Below the pieces are notes generated by a model, which saw nothing but the letters and a program-made list of their open reading frames with translations, was not told the DNA's origin and searched no databases. 64,000 bases of DNA from Octopus vulgaris (lineage: Eukaryota). The position numbers were made by a program, and so were the translations under genes. The stretch covers positions 14,198,001-14,262,000 of the forward strand of contig OX597826.1 in assembly GCA_951406725.2 (NCBI GenBank), in the 5' to 3' direction. Below are positions 25,587-39,155 of the stretch, in pieces; position 1 is the stretch's first letter, and each line of letters starts with the position of its first letter.

Positions 25587-27895
25587 TCATGCCGTCCTCT
25601 GAAAGAATCTAATTTCAATTTTAACCTTATGTTTATTTTTGTATCTCTTCAAGGAGGTTGAGAAAGATCTATGATTACAAAAGGGGACCACACCAAAAGA
25701 TTTATTAAGGAGTTTTGGTCCAAAACATTTAAGAATCAAGTTCGATTCCCTTAAACATAATCTACATCTGTTTAAATTAGAATTAAAGTGGGGGGCCTCG
25801 GACAAGACTGAACATTCACTCGTATAGCTTATATTCCTCCTCTTCAAATCATGAATATAGGATATCAAAGTGATAGAATTGGAATATTTGGCATTTGAAA
25901 GTGAGTTCATGTGGGCCCTGTATCTCTTTTTAAAATCAATAGTGATCCTAATATATTCCCTAACCAAATTATTATACCCCCTAACAATAAATTTCTAGAG
26001 TACGTTTTTTTCTTCAGCAAACACCTTTAAGGGTACATAAATTTTGGGTTCTGGAATTACAACTAAATTTCGGTGTCTTAATTTAGTAGGTTCCAAATTT
26101 TCTCCAACAGGAACATTCCCAAGCGCTGAATCGTCAATGCCTGAAGGCAGTGAAGAGTGCAATAATTCATCATTGATCCCTGGAATATTAACTATATTAT
26201 TGGCCCGCATATCAGCAACAGGTGCCAAATTACGCCTTCCATTCATTTTATTGGGTTGGCAATTAAGTTCCCGCGGTTATTTTAAATTTTGGAATTTGTT
26301 GCGTTTTTAGATTTTGGAATATATTTTTTCGAGAATTCTATTTTTGAATCACAGCACAAATGTCGCGAGCAGCTTTTACAGCCTTAGAACCTTGATTAAA
26401 AGCAAAAAAGAAGAAGGTGTCGAAAATGCCTCTTTTTTCTTAACTTGACATTCCATTTTAATGATCTGAAAATAAACAAAAATTAACTAAAATTAACTAG
26501 ATAAAAAAAATAGATTCCAAAATGATTCCAAAATAGAATTCTTGAAAAAATAGATTCCAAAAGGGGATGTCATAGCTGAAAGAACCGCTCGTGATTGGTA
26601 TGTTAAGTACAAAAATAGAAATTTTGACCTTAAAGACGCACCTCGTTCTGGCCGTCCAGTTGAGTTCGAAGAAGAGCAATTAAACCAACTTTTGCCCAAA
26701 CATTCTCATCAAACGACAAGGGAACTGGCAGAGAAAATGGAATGCTCTCACACTAATATGGAGAAGCATCTTCACTCGATGGGAAATTTTCAGAAGTATG
26801 TAGCATGGGTTCCGCATCCTTTAAGGGACAACAACTAAAATCAACGAGGCACAATTTCCGCTGGTTTGCTTCCTCGTCACCGCTCAACTCATGGACACAA
26901 GCCACGGTTTCTCTACCGAATCGTCAGTGGCGACGAAAAATGGTGTCTGTACATCAATATGAAACAGTGTAAGGAATGACTTAGCCCCGGTAAACAAGCG
27001 ACACCGCTCGTGAAACAAGATCTTCATCCGCGTAAAACGATGTTGTGCGTATGGTGGGACTGGGAAGAGATTATTCATTACGAATTGCTTGAACGGAACC
27101 AAACGGTCAACGCAGAACTCTATGTTCAACAGATGGAACTACTCAACACGCCTAATCAAGAGAAAAGACCTAATCGGCAGCATGGAGTTCTTCTGCTTCA
27201 CAAAAACGCCCGACCTCATATCGCCAATATGACCAAAGAAGCCATTCAAACGCATGTTTGGGGAGTGCTGCTACACCCACCGTACTCTCCAGATTTGGCA
27301 CGAACGGATTTTTGCCTCTTTCAATCTCTTTCAAATGCTATGCGCGGAGTTTCTTTCAATATTGATGCAGAATTGAGAGCTTAGTTGGATCAATTTTTCG
27401 AGTCGAAATCGTGTGATTTCTACCAACGAGGTATTGAAAATCGTGTTGAACGTTGGGAAGAAGTTGTAAAAAAAAGGCCGGATATATTATTGATTATTTA
27501 GTGGTTATTTTGCTTATGAAACCTTTTAAAAAATTTAAATTAAAAAAAAACGGCGGGAGTTTAGTTGCCAACCCAATACTTCTATTCGAAGAAGCAAGTT
27601 TGGTGTTACTAAATATGGAAACTTAATTCAAGATCAATTGCAAATAGAGTAATACTTGTGGCCTCTCGGGAAAATTTTCTCTAAAATTTTGAAAAACAAA
27701 CTTGGCAAATTTCTGACTTTAAGCGAGAAAGGTGTGTGTGTGTGTGGGGGGGGGGCATAACAAAGGACGTCCCGTACTCTAGGCCTTTTAGATTGACCGG
27801 ACTGTTTACATTCATACACTTCAGCTTTATGGTTAATATCATTATTATTAATAAATCCATTAGGCCGCTCATATCCACTCCTAATGAACCGCTTA
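25587..27895 (-). mobile_element. Degenerate PLE (thumb/linker and GIY-YIG with CxxC/H motifs) split by a mariner insertion
   Basis: RSGY..KRPRVRDVLCYAPP / PFSLKV..KIFPRGHKY (27579-27895); CNSRTQNLCTLKGVC and EYI..FKKRYRAH..CRLCLRE..LLNK..CNHR (25587-26248). Confidence 0.8.
26251..27576 (+). mobile_element. Full-length (1326 bp) mariner (DD34D, Mos1/Hsmar-like) with defective transposase and an internal inversion
   Basis: TIRs ttgggttggcaattaagttcccgc / gcgggagtttagttgccaacccaa flanked by TA on both sides; motifs RSGRP, WVPH, GDEKW, MLCVWWD, NARPH, PPYSPDLA. Confidence 0.95.
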
Positions 27896-27896
27896 T

Positions 27897-28310
27897 ACTC
27901 TTTTACTCTTTTACTTGTTTCAGTCATTTGACTGCGGCCATGCTGGAGCACCGCCTTTAATCGAGCAACTCGACCCCGGGACTCATTCTTCGTAAGCCCA
28001 GTACTTATTCTATCGGTCACTTTTGCCGAACCGCTAACTGACGGGGACATAAACACACCAGCATCGGTTGTCAAGCAATGCTGGGGGGACAAACACAGAC
28101 ACACAGACACACATACATATACACACATACAGACACATATATACATATATACGACGGGCTTCTTTCAGTTTCCGTCTACCAAATCCACTCACAAGGCTTT
28201 GGTCGGCCCGAGGCTATAGTAGAAGACACTTGCCCAAGGTGCCACGCAGTGGGACTGAACCCGGAACCATGTGATTGGTAAACAAGCTACTTACCACACA
28301 GCCACTCCTG
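27897..28310 (-). mobile_element. SINE family B, full length
   Basis: Reverse complement closely matches 24748-25144. Confidence 0.9.
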
Positions 28311-29284
28311 CTTATATCGATTATTAGCTATTAACTCGTACAAAAACACACACACACGCATATATATCCAATTATACATATAATAAATATAAAATAACGT
28401 TACTAATAGCTAGTATTTGATATTTATCCTATCCAGTTATAACATATAAAACATAGAATGTAAAACATAGAATTTAAAATACAAAAAGGAAAAATGTAAT
28501 ATTTTAAATAGTAAGTACAATTTTAAATAAAAGTTACCTTAAAGCAAATAGTATAAAAATAAATGTAATATTAAAAGCAATAGAGCACATAATAATATAA
28601 GGGATATCGCATAAATATATGATACTATAAATAAAGTGAAAAGGAAATGATAATTGAGTGATTGTAAATTGAAGGGGAAAGATATTCAAGAAAGAAAATG
28701 ATTGACGTTCATGCCTTATAAGTGATACAATAAGAAATAAAGACTATAACTATAAAAATATAGCTTATAATACAAAAAGCAAAGTGAAATCATAAATAGA
28801 AGATACATAAAATATATTCAAACAATATAAAAATATAATGTGATGTATATAATATAAAATTGAGTGCAAGTAAGTGAAAATAATATATTTAATATTTGAT
28901 ACCATTGATAGGGAGAAACGTAAGACAATTGAAAAAGATAAAATAGAAGGAAAGTGATAATCGATTGTCTGGGATGTAGCCTTGTTTAAAAGTGATGCAT
29001 AAATACAAATAATTAAGGAGACTGAGAATGAAATGAAAAAAAAAAACGGTAGTATTATTGAAAGGGTAGTGTAAAAATTATAATGTTGAGGGTATATATG
29101 AATTCGCAAATCCATAAAGAATATAGAACTAAAGTAAAGCTATAAAGAAAAGTATAAATAAGGAGATAGCACAAGAATCCTAATCCGAAGAAAATAAAGC
29201 CTATGGTTCGAAACGTGATCATGAATCAAAGACAATCTGAGAAGTAAATTTAGTTAATATGTGTTGTAAAGAAAAGTTCTAATG

Positions 29285-29520
29285 ATATGTGGTCACCTCA
29301 AAATACCCTTCGTGGAATGTATTTATCAGGATGGCTTTGAAGTTCATAATAGGGAGCGCATCGCTACAGTAGAGCACACAATATCCTCCGCCGCCTGTGT
29401 CAGGCGCAGCACATCTAATAATAGACCAAGAGCTTGAGTAGTTCTTGCCGTTCTGTTTAAGCCCCCACATTAGCTTCGATAATGAAGTGAAATTAGCCTT
29501 GCTTTCATTCCTAAAATTAT
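29285..29520 (-). mobile_element. PLE endonuclease C-terminal remnant
   Basis: MWGLKQNGKNYSSSWSIIRCAAP..YCVL resembles the 25587-25967 segment. Confidence 0.55.
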
Positions 29521-30074
29521 ATAAATGCTTTCGTAATCAGATCTCATATTAATTTGAAGTCGCAGCAATGTAATTATATATTTTGTCAGATATAAGGAAA
29601 CAACATTTGTAAACAACATTATGTAGGGAATACTCGGCCGGTCTTCTGTAAGTAAACATAATTCTATCCTTCCCTCAGGACCTATGCAATTGTCAATATG
29701 AGGAGATGGATTATCATACTTAACACGAATATCTTAGCTAGTTATTTCATTATTCCGTACATTCTCATCGCAGCTGAAATTACTGGTATCGCATCTCCGT
29801 TGCTGTTAGTAACCTACTGATTGGGGATTCCAACCATTGGGGAGGCGACACACAGAACTAGGTTGACTTAAGCAACTTTTTCTTTTCACAAGCTATGTTA
29901 TAAGTACCTTCCCGGTTCGATATCTATTTCTCCTTTCGCCTCGGTGTCACTTTCAGCTGTAGAGCTATTTTTATTTTTGTTCTTCAGTTTAACGAAATTG
30001 CTTTTCGCTTTAACGAAGTTATAAAATTATCCTCTTATACTCACTGGATATTTGGAGCACTACATATAGACTGC

Positions 30075-30950
30075 AAAATGCTTCTATGTCTATCAACTAA
30101 AAATATTGCCATACTTTCGAGGAAACTATACATGGGGTCGCTTATACATAGAACTTCCAAATTTATTAACAAACTGAGATGGCGTGGTTTCTTTTTAGAT
30201 CTAAGAAGTAACAAAAGAGAATTGGAGAGTAAAAACAAATCTGATTTTCATAAAGGCTTAGGAATCCTCCTTTCCATCCGGGTCTCGCTTAGTTTGAAAC
30301 GGATATAATGAATACGATTAAAAATTTAAGGTTCTCTAAATATACCAACTCCTTTCAGAAAACATTATCAGAGAGGATTTCTTCAATCAGATCTCCGCCG
30401 GACCTACACTTGGTCTCTTATAAAACCGGAAACATTTACTCTGAACCTCTGAAACCATACTTTGGTTTGGTATCAAAAGAAATGTATTCCGGTTATAAGC
30501 ATGCACAAGAAAAACTACCCTGGGTGAAATCAATGACGATCATTACCACACTATCTCGCAGCTGGGCCTGTTGGATAAGACCCAACCCTAACCTCCAGAG
30601 ACGCCTCACTGTCTATTGCCAAACTTTATGTAGAATCCATCCGTTAGGTTGATCTGCCCAACGAAGTCAGACTTTGGTAGGATAAGTAAATGCATTATTG
30701 ATCCCATTATTCCATTTTTGAGGAATAAAATTCAACTTCCATTAAGGAATTCTAATGGTGATATCATCCTTTGTTTCAACTCCCTCGTGGATAAGCAGAA
30801 GTTACGATTTGTCCAATTTGACATCTCAAACTATTATAACTCGATTTATTATAACTCCCAATTCTATTGAATAAGGATCCCCTTTCTGCCGGTAAATTTA
30901 TCGAAATCCATGGCTCAGATATTGAAATTGTACTTGTAAAACGTGTAAGC
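30075..30950 (+). mobile_element. PLE N-terminal and RT-finger remnant
   Basis: STKNI..KFINKLRWRGFF; KTGNIY; RLICPTKSDFGRISK..D; FVQFDISNYYNSI. Confidence 0.8.
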
Positions 30951-31713
30951 TGTCGCATACTACATCCTTTGTCTTAGTTTATATGATTCTTAGAATCTAA
31001 ATAATGCTCTCGTTTTAAATATTGAGTCATACTAGCGCATATACAACTATCTATACATATAGATGCATACATACTGTCATACAAACAGATTCACTGATGA
31101 AGAGTGTTTAGTTATTCTGCAAACTAAATTAACTGAATTTCTGAATAAGAGATGCTGTATTTAAAAAGTAACTACATTCTAAATGCAAAGCTAAAGCGAA
31201 TCCCTTGGTTCTATCTATATATTGCAAATTTAATATATTTGATGGGATTCTAATGTTTTCATCAACTTAATTTCACTCACATAGTGTGGAGGGACTCGTG
31301 GTCACTCTATTTCAGGAGATATCCGGAACATACACGCAGGTAAACACACACACATATACACACACATACATATATTGAAATGAGTAAATATGTGTATGCG
31401 CGCGCGCGTTACTACGATTGTTAATATAGGAAAAAAGGGCAATTTTGAGAGGAGTGTTTGAGTAAATATTATCGACCTCAAAACATGGCAGATACTTTAT
31501 TTGGTTGCATGATTCGAAGTGTATGCTGCCGACAAAATATAAAAGTCATTATGAATAAAATTAAAATAGATATTACAATTAGTATAACATTATACTGAGT
31601 CATTGCAAAGAATATTTAGCAACGATATCTATCTAAAATATTTATATAGACATGATAGATAGAAGAATAGATAGATAGATAGATAGATAGATAAATAGAA
31701 AGAATGATAGACA

Positions 31714-31776
<63 letters not shown>

Positions 31777-34315
31777 ATGTATGTATATATAACAGTCTAC
31801 ATGCAACACATACATTCATATAGGTTTGTATTTGTGCATGTATATGAGTATGAATTTGTCTTTGCACATGTGACTGACCATTTAAAAAAAATCCTCGAGC
31901 CCACCTATAATTAAATACATACGCATACATTCATGCATATGCACGTACGTTTCCATATTTACAGTCGAGAATTTTCAGCAACTGGTCTGACTCACATCCG
32001 TCTAAATTTATACAGAACAATGTACACATAAGCTTTTATTTCTAAAAGCGACAAAATCAGAAGTCACTACATCTAACATCAACGACTCCAATAACGCCTA
32101 CTTAGTAATATAGATCCCAACGCGTCCTCCCACTCTTTCACAAACTTTGTACGCATACATATATGTATATATATATGTATGCATATATATGTATATATAT
32201 GTATATATGCATACACTAACATACATGCATATACGTAGGAACATACATATATACGCATATTACACTACACTTACACTGGTGCACTCCTCATTTATACTGT
32301 AAATATTATCGTCCATTCATTATACTTTGGCATTACTATTTCTAGTTATACAAACTTTGCTCCCTCGCTCTCACTCTTCTTTCCCGTGATATATTAACAA
32401 CGGAACGTAACGTTAGCGTACAAACTTTTATCTTGCATATATTCTTGGATAATCCTCTATGACTGTAAGTTCAGAGTGCAATTGAAATGTAATTTATCAT
32501 CTATGATCCTTGGAAGATTTGTCATCGTTAAATCAGGAAGCACTATTCCGAGAAGTGATGCCTTTAACTGAAAAGTGTTATAAACAATAAATGAGCAAGG
32601 GGTCCCCAAGAATTGCAGAAAGCGATGTCAAGGTAACGAAAAGGAAACAAAACTTACACACCAGTTACTGAATCTATAGACAAGATATAATGATATCTTA
32701 GAATCATATTTACAAAAGTAATCCGACTTTGTGAGTTTGTATTTATAGAAACAAATAAAATCATACTTTAGACGAGTCCTAATTGCGCTTTTAAATTTAT
32801 CCTTTTTACTGATCAAATATATAGCGCTTTAAAAAAAACATTTATTTTGTTATTTTTAGACGGAGACAATTGCTATTTTATAAGGAAACTTAATATACAT
32901 TTTAATATTTTAAAATGGTTCATTTGATATATTAGATAAGCGGTCGACATCAGATATTGTTCGTCAGCGCTCCGTGTCCGGCTATTCCACTTTATCCAAT
33001 ATAGAAAGTAAGTATTGATCACTTCAAGTCACAATAATGTATTTATCGCATGTGAACTGTACATTACCCACACTATACGTAAAACAGGATTTCCATTTTT
33101 GGTCAGATAATATTGTTGATATGGTTGAAATTGTTGTCAAAACAAGAATTTCTCATTCTACAATATCAAAGATTGTGTAATATGGAACATCAACTAGTAT
33201 TTTCCAAATCATTATATAACTGCGCAATAAATCAATAACTTTACCATACCATTGACCTATCCTAAAGTAATAATTACATGAGTATGAAAGATTTATTTTT
33301 AATATTTAACAACAACATTACAAGTATATTTATTAATAATAATTATGATATAGAAATTCAGCGCAACCTATTATATATATAATACAGAAAGCTTATTCAA
33401 TAAGTTTAGAATGCATAGAATTGATTTGATATATATGTACATACTCGAAATAATATAATCATAAATAATAATTAAACCTATTGTTTAATTGATATTTATA
33501 CATAATTGTATATACTTCGTAGCAATCTAAGAAGCATTTAATGTATATATCCAGAGATACATATTTCCAGCGTTGATTGTCGATTCGATAGTATCGAATT
33601 TTTACAACTAAACCAAATGTATGAGATGAGAACTTTGAAATATTCTGGAAGATGGAGTAAGATTCATCTTCTAAGATGCAAACTAGCGGATAAAGAAAGT
33701 AACCACACATAGCAGAGGCATGATGAGTAGTCATTTAATGAAATATATAGGGGAAGTACTGGGAGATGTCCTGCTGTAAGAAGTGAGGTTGGGAGATCAA
33801 GTAAGGAATGATAGAATGGTAATGAAAAAGCTAAAAAAACGTAGTACCACGTTCGAAGAGACGAGTAGGGACATGTGAATATGCGCCCTCTGCTGACCAA
33901 TATTCATAACAAATATCAGAGGATCATCAAGTATCACAAAACCATTAAAAGTGTATTTTTGTTTATATGAATATGTCTTAGACAACTCACTATTATACAC
34001 ACTATCGTAATTATATACATCATCTATTATCTAGAAATGAGCATTCGGTATTCCATTGCGTTTTAAATTTTAGCAGTTGCCTTGATAAAGTAACATATTT
34101 GAGACACTCGTTAATCAGTAATTGACATATCGGATAAGAGTGTACACACGATGTCAAGTTTGCGTTGCACACATTTGAGGAAGAGGGAAAACGGTGCTAA
34201 AAATGGATGAGAGCAAATAGGGATGACTCAAAATTTTATAAAGGAATTTGTGAATACTGGTAACTTGAAGTGGAAATAGGATTGGTGAAAGCCCGGAACG
34301 GTCAGGGAAAGGTGA

Positions 34316-34656
<341 letters not shown>

Positions 34657-34917
34657 AACATTTATATGTTCAAAGCAGTGCTCCAGCATTACCACAATCA
34701 AATGACTGACACAAGTAATAGAATAAAAGAATATATATGTACGTAAGCATATATAGATACCACGCACACACACACACGTACACACACACACACACGCACA
34801 CGCGACAGAAGTAAATGGACATCCTTATAATCGTTAAAATTTATTTAAATCTGAAATTATACATTCAAATTGCTTATTCATTACTATAATGTGAATATCT
34901 AATATCTAATAGACATA

Positions 34918-35082
34918 GGCGCAGGAGTGGCTGTGTGGTAAGTAGCTTGCTAACCAACCACATGGTTCCGGGTTCAGTCCCACTGCGTGGCATCTTGGGC
35001 AAGTGTCTTCTGCTATAGCCCCGGGCCGACCAATGCCTTGTGAGTGGATTTGGCAGACGGAAACTGAAAGAAGCCTGTCGTA

Positions 35083-35153
<71 letters not shown>

Positions 35154-35357
35154 TTTGTGTGTCTGTGTTTGTCCCCCTAGCATTGCTTGACAACCGATGC
35201 TGGTGTCTTTACGTCCCCGTAACTTAGCGGTTCGACAAAAGAGACCAATAGAATTAGTACTGGGCTTACAAAGAATAAGTCCCGGGGTCGATTTGCTCGA
35301 CTAAAAGGCGGTGTTCCACCATGGACGCAGTCAAATGACTGAAACAAGTAAAGAGTA
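34918..35357 (+). mobile_element. SINE family B, full length
   Basis: Head ggcgcaggagtggctgtgtggtaag to tail gaaacaagtaaaagagta. Confidence 0.9.
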
Positions 35358-35620
35358 TGCCCGTTACATTAAATGCAAGGACACTATTGGGCAAGCTACT
35401 GATCAGAGGATGAATATTCTCTGGCAGTAATCTCAAAATATCTGGGATTGCGGGATGGCGTCATTTGAAGGCTAAAACAATGAGAAGCGCATTGTGACCA
35501 GCGATGTATAGCAAGATCTGAGAGCCTGATCGGTCACGGTGATCACATTGATATATATATATATTTATATTTATACATGCATATAGATAGATAGAAAGAT
35601 AGATAGATATAGTAAATATT

Positions 35621-36367
35621 ATTTGCCAACCCAATGTGGCAGTCCTGCACAGGACGATGTTACTACACTTTAGCCCCAGGAAAACATCTTTTCCAGCATT
35701 ATATGGACACATGGTCAGTGTCCGTATGCTGTGAACAAGGAAATCGACTGCTCCCTTTCTAGCCTTAGCGATACCTTTTGGCCAATGGTTTCTGATTTAT
35801 TTTTATTCCTCGGTACAGGCCAACAACCGGCTAGAGATGGCACCCACTCGACCCTGCTCACAGTATATACTTTTAAAGCGACAAATAGCTGCTGATCTTG
35901 TAAAGACAAAAAAAAACAGTTTTAAATTTCTGAGTGAGAAATATGTAGTAACAGTACCGTACACTAAATTTTATTTGCCAATACAACGTGGCAGTCCTAC
36001 GCAGGAAGATGTTACTACTCGTTAGCCCCAGGAAAACACCTTTTCAAACAGTATACGTACACATGGTCTAAGTACATTTAGGGAATCTACTGCTCCGTTT
36101 CTAGCCTTACCGATACCTGTAGGCCAATGGTTTCTGGGTTATTCTTGTGTCTAGCCGGCGATTGTCCAGCACCGAGATAGGTAAATTACCCAGAAAACAT
36201 TGGTCTACAACATTTATTACTAAAGCTAGAAGCGGATCAGTAGATTTCCTTGCTCAAGTATACAGACACAGACCATTGTCTTGCGTAGAACTGTCATATT
36301 GTGTTGGCAAATAGACTTTGCTGTCCGGTGCTGTTATTAGATATTTCTCATTGAGCGATTTAAAACT
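35621..36367. repeat. Cluster of three copies of an unclassified 200-290 bp repeat (two direct, third inverted)
   Basis: atttgccaa..tggcagtcct..ttagccccaggaaaaca..ctagcctta..ggccaatggtttctg at 35621 and 35973; reverse-complement copy at 36150-36367. Confidence 0.85.
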
Positions 36368-36452
36368 ATGTGTGTATGTGTATGTGTGTGTGATTGTGTT
36401 TGTATGTTTAATATTGAAAAATGATACACGAGTTGATATATATAAGAAAAGT

Positions 36453-36705
36453 AGACAAGGGGTAGAATGCTAAAATGACTGTATTATAAAATACGTTTTG
36501 TAACTGTTAGTACCGGTGTCTGTCTGTTATTAATTGAGAAGATAATCAATTAATTTGAAGAAAAAATCAAATGAAATGTTCCTTCTCAATTAATATCCGC
36601 CTTTCTTTTACTCTTAGTTGAAAAAGTCGAAAAAGCAGAAACCGATACTAACTGTTACAAAATGTATTTCATGATACAAGTATTTTAGCAGTTCCTACCT
36701 TGTCT
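36453..36705. repeat. Imperfect inverted repeat, about 70-bp arms
   Basis: 36453-36522 versus 36636-36705; inner attaattgagaag / cttctcaattaat also pair. Confidence 0.8.
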
Positions 36706-38730
36706 TATTTATAATTTTAAAATCGAAATGTCATTAAGAAACATACACACTAATCTTTTGAAAAGAAGAGGACGGTAATTTACAGATGTTTATGGTTTGG
36801 TATGCCTAATCGGCACAACATCTATCTGTAGCAAAACGACATATGCAGAAAATATATATTAGTCACAGAGGCAGTATTAATACCGGGAGTTAATATTTAT
36901 TCTCGATTAAACTTGAATGTTCTGTGGTAGTTGCATGAGAGAAATTCTCATATTCGCTTCAGGTGCGAAATGCCGTCTTGTTTATATCGGTAGGGAGCAG
37001 AAAAATCATCAAAACCTCTAGCGCCTAAGACCATCAGATGACGTGATTTCGACTTTCCTTGGTCTCGTCACGGATGAACTCTCGACCGCTTGAAATAGCA
37101 GTGATTATTATTTTCGCCAAGACAGGTACTGGTGTCGCGATTAGCCAGTGAACTTGTTTTAAAATATGTATTAGCGATAAATGCTAATATGTATTTAAAC
37201 GTGGGTGGTTTCGGGGATTAACTCCCCGCTTGCGATACAAACCAGAATTGCATTTTGCAGCAAAAGCCAATATGAGAGGTACTCCCATGGTAGCAATGGA
37301 TTTAGCAAGTTAATTCCACGAGCAAGCAGCTCCGTTGATCCAATCAGCTGGAACCGTCGTTGTCGATGCAGTGCCGGGAGATCTTGCGAATAAATCATAT
37401 ATTCTTTGTTAGCTTAACATAATTATTAAAATAGAAGTTTCTTTGTTCACTACAAACACAAGGATTGTTTACCTCACCTTAAACGAGAGTACCTATACTT
37501 ATAATTTCTTCAGTCAAATGTGCGATGTTAAAATATACAAAATATACAATATCACGTATTTGTTTGTGCTTTGAATGTGTGTGTGTCTTCTAATCTAGAC
37601 ATATTCTTAAACACCTCAGTAATGTACCTATGTATATTTCGCGGGGATTACACGTGTTCTTAATTTTTGCTTTTGCTCACATAAGTTGAGGCGACTTTCC
37701 AAAATATGTTTTAAACTTTTCGAATAAAAGTAATTCATATTTCACAACATATTATTTCATTAGTATTTAGAAATGTATGCTTTGGGTTAATTTCCATTTA
37801 ATTTGAATAAGTTTCACTCTTCTGTATGAGATTGTTCAAAAATAAATTAATATTATTTGTATCTTATTCTATACCATAGTTCTCGCATTCATTAGAACTT
37901 CTGGCTAGATATGTAATACAAAGCATTATTTTTCTCCCTTGACTAGGAGCACTGGTTGTTTTTTATTAATTTTGTATCAATACACAAAGAACAGAATTCT
38001 GTATACAATGAACACAGCTAATTTAACAAGTTACGTATTTTAGCAAAACCAAAGAAAATTGATAATTAAATTAACATTTCAATAAATGTTGACCTCAGTT
38101 GATGAATTAATATTTTGTCAATTTGCTATTCAGAAATTCAAATACATTTGCCTATGGAAGAAATTTATATTTAGAAATTCAAAAGAATGGCAGCATTTCA
38201 TTATGGATCTTCAATCCTTTGGAATTCGGGGGTCAGCATCTTTGGGTGGTTACAAAATACATGCAGGTGTAGCTTTGTGATTAAGAAGCTAGGTTTGCAA
38301 CTGCGTCGTTTACGGTTTAGTTTCACACTGAAGCGTCTTCAAAACAAAATATCTGATGACATGGTCTCGAAACGAGCACGGCCTGGCGAGTGATATTTGG
38401 TTAGCGGAAACTTTTTGAAAGCTAGTCGGATAATCCATACTTGTTTTGGGGTGAAATATTTAATTGTCCATCGCTTTTAAGGCCATTATTTGACCGTCAG
38501 ATACATTTAGCAATGTCTACTCTTCTGAGGCACTCGGTTAGTGTTCCACTCTGCAGATAAGCTCCTCCTTATGGCTATTAGTATACGGGGCCTTGAAAAA
38601 CAGAGAGCGGCCACTTATTCTGTGAATAATCTATGAACCAATTTGCAACCTTCATTCCAGGATATTGCCGTGCTGTCCAATACTAGTTTCTTGTGACATT
38701 TCTAATTATCAATATATTATACTGTTTTGA

Positions 38731-38930
38731 GGCGACGAGCTGTCAGAATCGTTAGCAAACCGGGTAAGATATTTACCGGTGTTTCATCCGTCTTTACGTT
38801 CTGAGATAAAATTCTGCGGAAATGGTTTTTGCATTTTATCACTAGGTGTCGATAAAATAAGTACCATTTGAACACTGGGTCGATGTAATCGACCTATCCC
38901 CTCTCTCACAATTGCTGGCATTATGCCAGG
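38731..38930 (+). mobile_element. SINE family A, diverged
   Basis: ggcgacgagctgtcagaatcgttagc..gtcgataaaataagtacc..ctgggtcgatgtaatcgac. Confidence 0.75.
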
Positions 38931-39155
38931 TCATATTATTACATATGGGCATTTGGTTCCTTTTACTTCTACATGTTATATTACATTTATTGTTTCCATC
39001 TTATTGTTGCTAGTGTTCTGGTTGACATCAGCGATGGTTATCATACTAATTTTGCTGCTGCTACAATTGTTCCTTGTCGTAGTATAATATTTTGGTCAAA
39101 ATCAAAGAACGAATGGAGACCGAATATAGACGATCTATATCTTTGTTAGCAAAAA

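Noticed and set aside
38345-38380. CTGATGA...GAAAC hammerhead-like string
   Set aside because: No convincing stems I or II; it lies in a decayed SINE-B head and is probably coincidental.
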